Positions 62,981 through 64,000 of a stretch of 64,000 bases of DNA are shown piece by piece. The DNA is taken from NCBI RefSeq assembly GCF_029250625.1, contig NZ_JAQXEX010000080.1. The stretch is one strand, 5' to 3'. Origin of the DNA: Poseidonia sp. (GTDB lineage Archaea > Thermoplasmatota > Poseidoniia > Poseidoniales > Poseidoniaceae). A model generated the notes under the pieces. It did no database searches. It was not told the origin of the DNA and was given only the letters and a program-made list of their open reading frames with translations. Made by a program: the position numbers and the translations under genes. How positions within the stretch are numbered: position 1 is the stretch's first letter; each line of letters opens with the position of its first letter.

Positions 62981-64000
62981 ATGAGCATCAAGGTCGCCAT
63001 CAACGGATACGGGACAATCGGAAAACGTGTAGCGGATGCGGTTGACGCCCAAGATGACATGGAAATCATCGGCGTGACCAAAACTCGACCGTCGTTCGGG
63101 TGCGACCTCGCAGTGAGGAAAGGATACCCCTTGTATTGTACCTATGACGATGAAGCTAAAATCGCTGCATTTGCTGCCGGTGGTTATCAGTGCGATGGTG
63201 GGCTCTCAGACCTCCTTGCGATCGCTGATGTAGTTGTTGACTGCTCGCCGGGTAAGGTCGGAGCCTCCAACAAAGAAAAGTACCTTTCAGCGGGAGTCAA
63301 GTACATCTTTCAAGGCGGAGAAAAACACGCTATGACCGGGATGTCTTACACTTCATCGGCCAATCACACGCAGAACATGAATGTGCAAGGGACCCGTGTT
63401 GTATCCTGCAACACCACTGGACTTTCCAGGACATTGGTTCCGTTGTACGAGCACTGTGGTTCTCTCTCAGTTGAATGTACCATGATACGCCGTGCTGCAG
63501 ACCCAGGGGATTCAGCAAAAGGTCCGATTAATGCCATCAAGCCAGTATTGAAGGTCCCATCTCACCACGGACCTGACGTGATGACAGTCAAGCCCGAAAT
63601 TTCGATTAATTCAATGGCTGTTGCCGTGCCGACCACGCTCATGCACTGCCATTCCATCGTCGCCACCTTGCCCGAGGGGCACGGTATGACGACTCAATCG
63701 GTACTGGATTTGTGGGAAAGCAATCCTCGAATCATCATCATGAACGGTAGTGAGACCAACATCACCACCACGGCTGAAGTGATGGAGTATGCACGGGACA
63801 TTGGCCGAAAATGGGGCGACCTGCACGAGATTTTCGTTTGGGAAGACGGCGTGAAGCTCGATGGGAACACGCTTTATTACTTCCAAGCGATTCACCAAGA
63901 ATCCGATGTTATTCCTGAAAATGTTGATGCTATTCGTGCCCTAATGGGTACGGAAGAAGATTGGAGGGTTTCGGTTGCCAAAACCGATGCTGCAATCGCA
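62981..64000 (+). CDS. gap: glyceraldehyde-3-phosphate dehydrogenase, archaeal type II (3' end just beyond the window)
   Basis: Not in the ORF track because no stop falls inside the window. My translation: MSIKVAINGYGTIGKRVADAV...VVSCNTTGLSRTL...SHHGPDV...FQAIHQESDVIPENVDAIRAL, open through 64000 (340 codons). An in-frame ATG at 62969 is an alternative start. Confidence 0.92.
   Translation, partial: MSIKVAINGYGTIGKRVADAVDAQDDMEIIGVTKTRPSFGCDLAVRKGYPLYCTYDDEAKIAAFAAGGYQCDGGLSDLLAIADVVVDCSPGKVGASNKEKYLSAGVKYIFQGGEKHAMTGMSYTSSANHTQNMNVQGTRVVSCNTTGLSRTLVPLYEHCGSLSVECTMIRRAADPGDSAKGPINAIKPVLKVPSHHGPDVMTVKPEISINSMAVAVPTTLMHCHSIVATLPEGHGMTTQSVLDLWESNPRIIIMNGSETNITTTAEVMEYARDIGRKWGDLHEIFVWEDGVKLDGNTLYYFQAIHQESDVIPENVDAIRALMGTEEDWRVSVAKTDAAIA

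Overview
This 64-kb window looks archaeal and is almost entirely coding. Archaeal markers include an AglB/STT3 oligosaccharyltransferase with a WWDYG motif, archaeosine synthase, an S15P/S13e-type ribosomal protein, type II GAPDH (SCNTT active site), archaeal-type GluRS and PheRS-beta, and RNase HII. The very acidic, Asn/Thr/Asp-rich giant surface proteins suggest a planktonic marine Thermoplasmatota lineage (Marine Group II/III-like). That placement is inference, since no search could be run. The window has two parts. (1) Positions ~0.8-38.3 kb form a cell-surface island. It holds purD, then a 3,207-aa protein in which the AglB core is flanked by an extra N-terminal membrane domain and a >2,000-aa extracellular domain array. 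After that come a membrane-anchored subtilisin, a 1,473-aa beta-helix protein, a wHTH/P-loop/TPR STAND-like regulator and a translationally coupled trio of archaeal type IV pilin-like genes with no assembly ATPase or platform gene in view. The island ends with an MBL hydrolase, a 1,917-aa protein with ~24 thrombospondin type-3 calcium-binding repeats around a beta-propeller, and a 1,794-aa anchored protein. (2) Positions ~38.3-64 kb are mostly housekeeping genes (dnaJ, arcS, rps15, gltX, rnhB, pheT, gap, a GT2 glycosyltransferase, an SRAP peptidase, a CBS protein). Further surface or membrane proteins are interspersed, along with an unusual pyroglutamyl-peptidase/NUDIX fusion. I found no rRNA, tRNA, CRISPR array, transposase or integrase. 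The best candidates for something new are the giant AglB fusion, the orphan pilin-like operon, and the island as a possible glyco-adhesin module. All family calls come from motif reading by eye and need HMM or structure confirmation.
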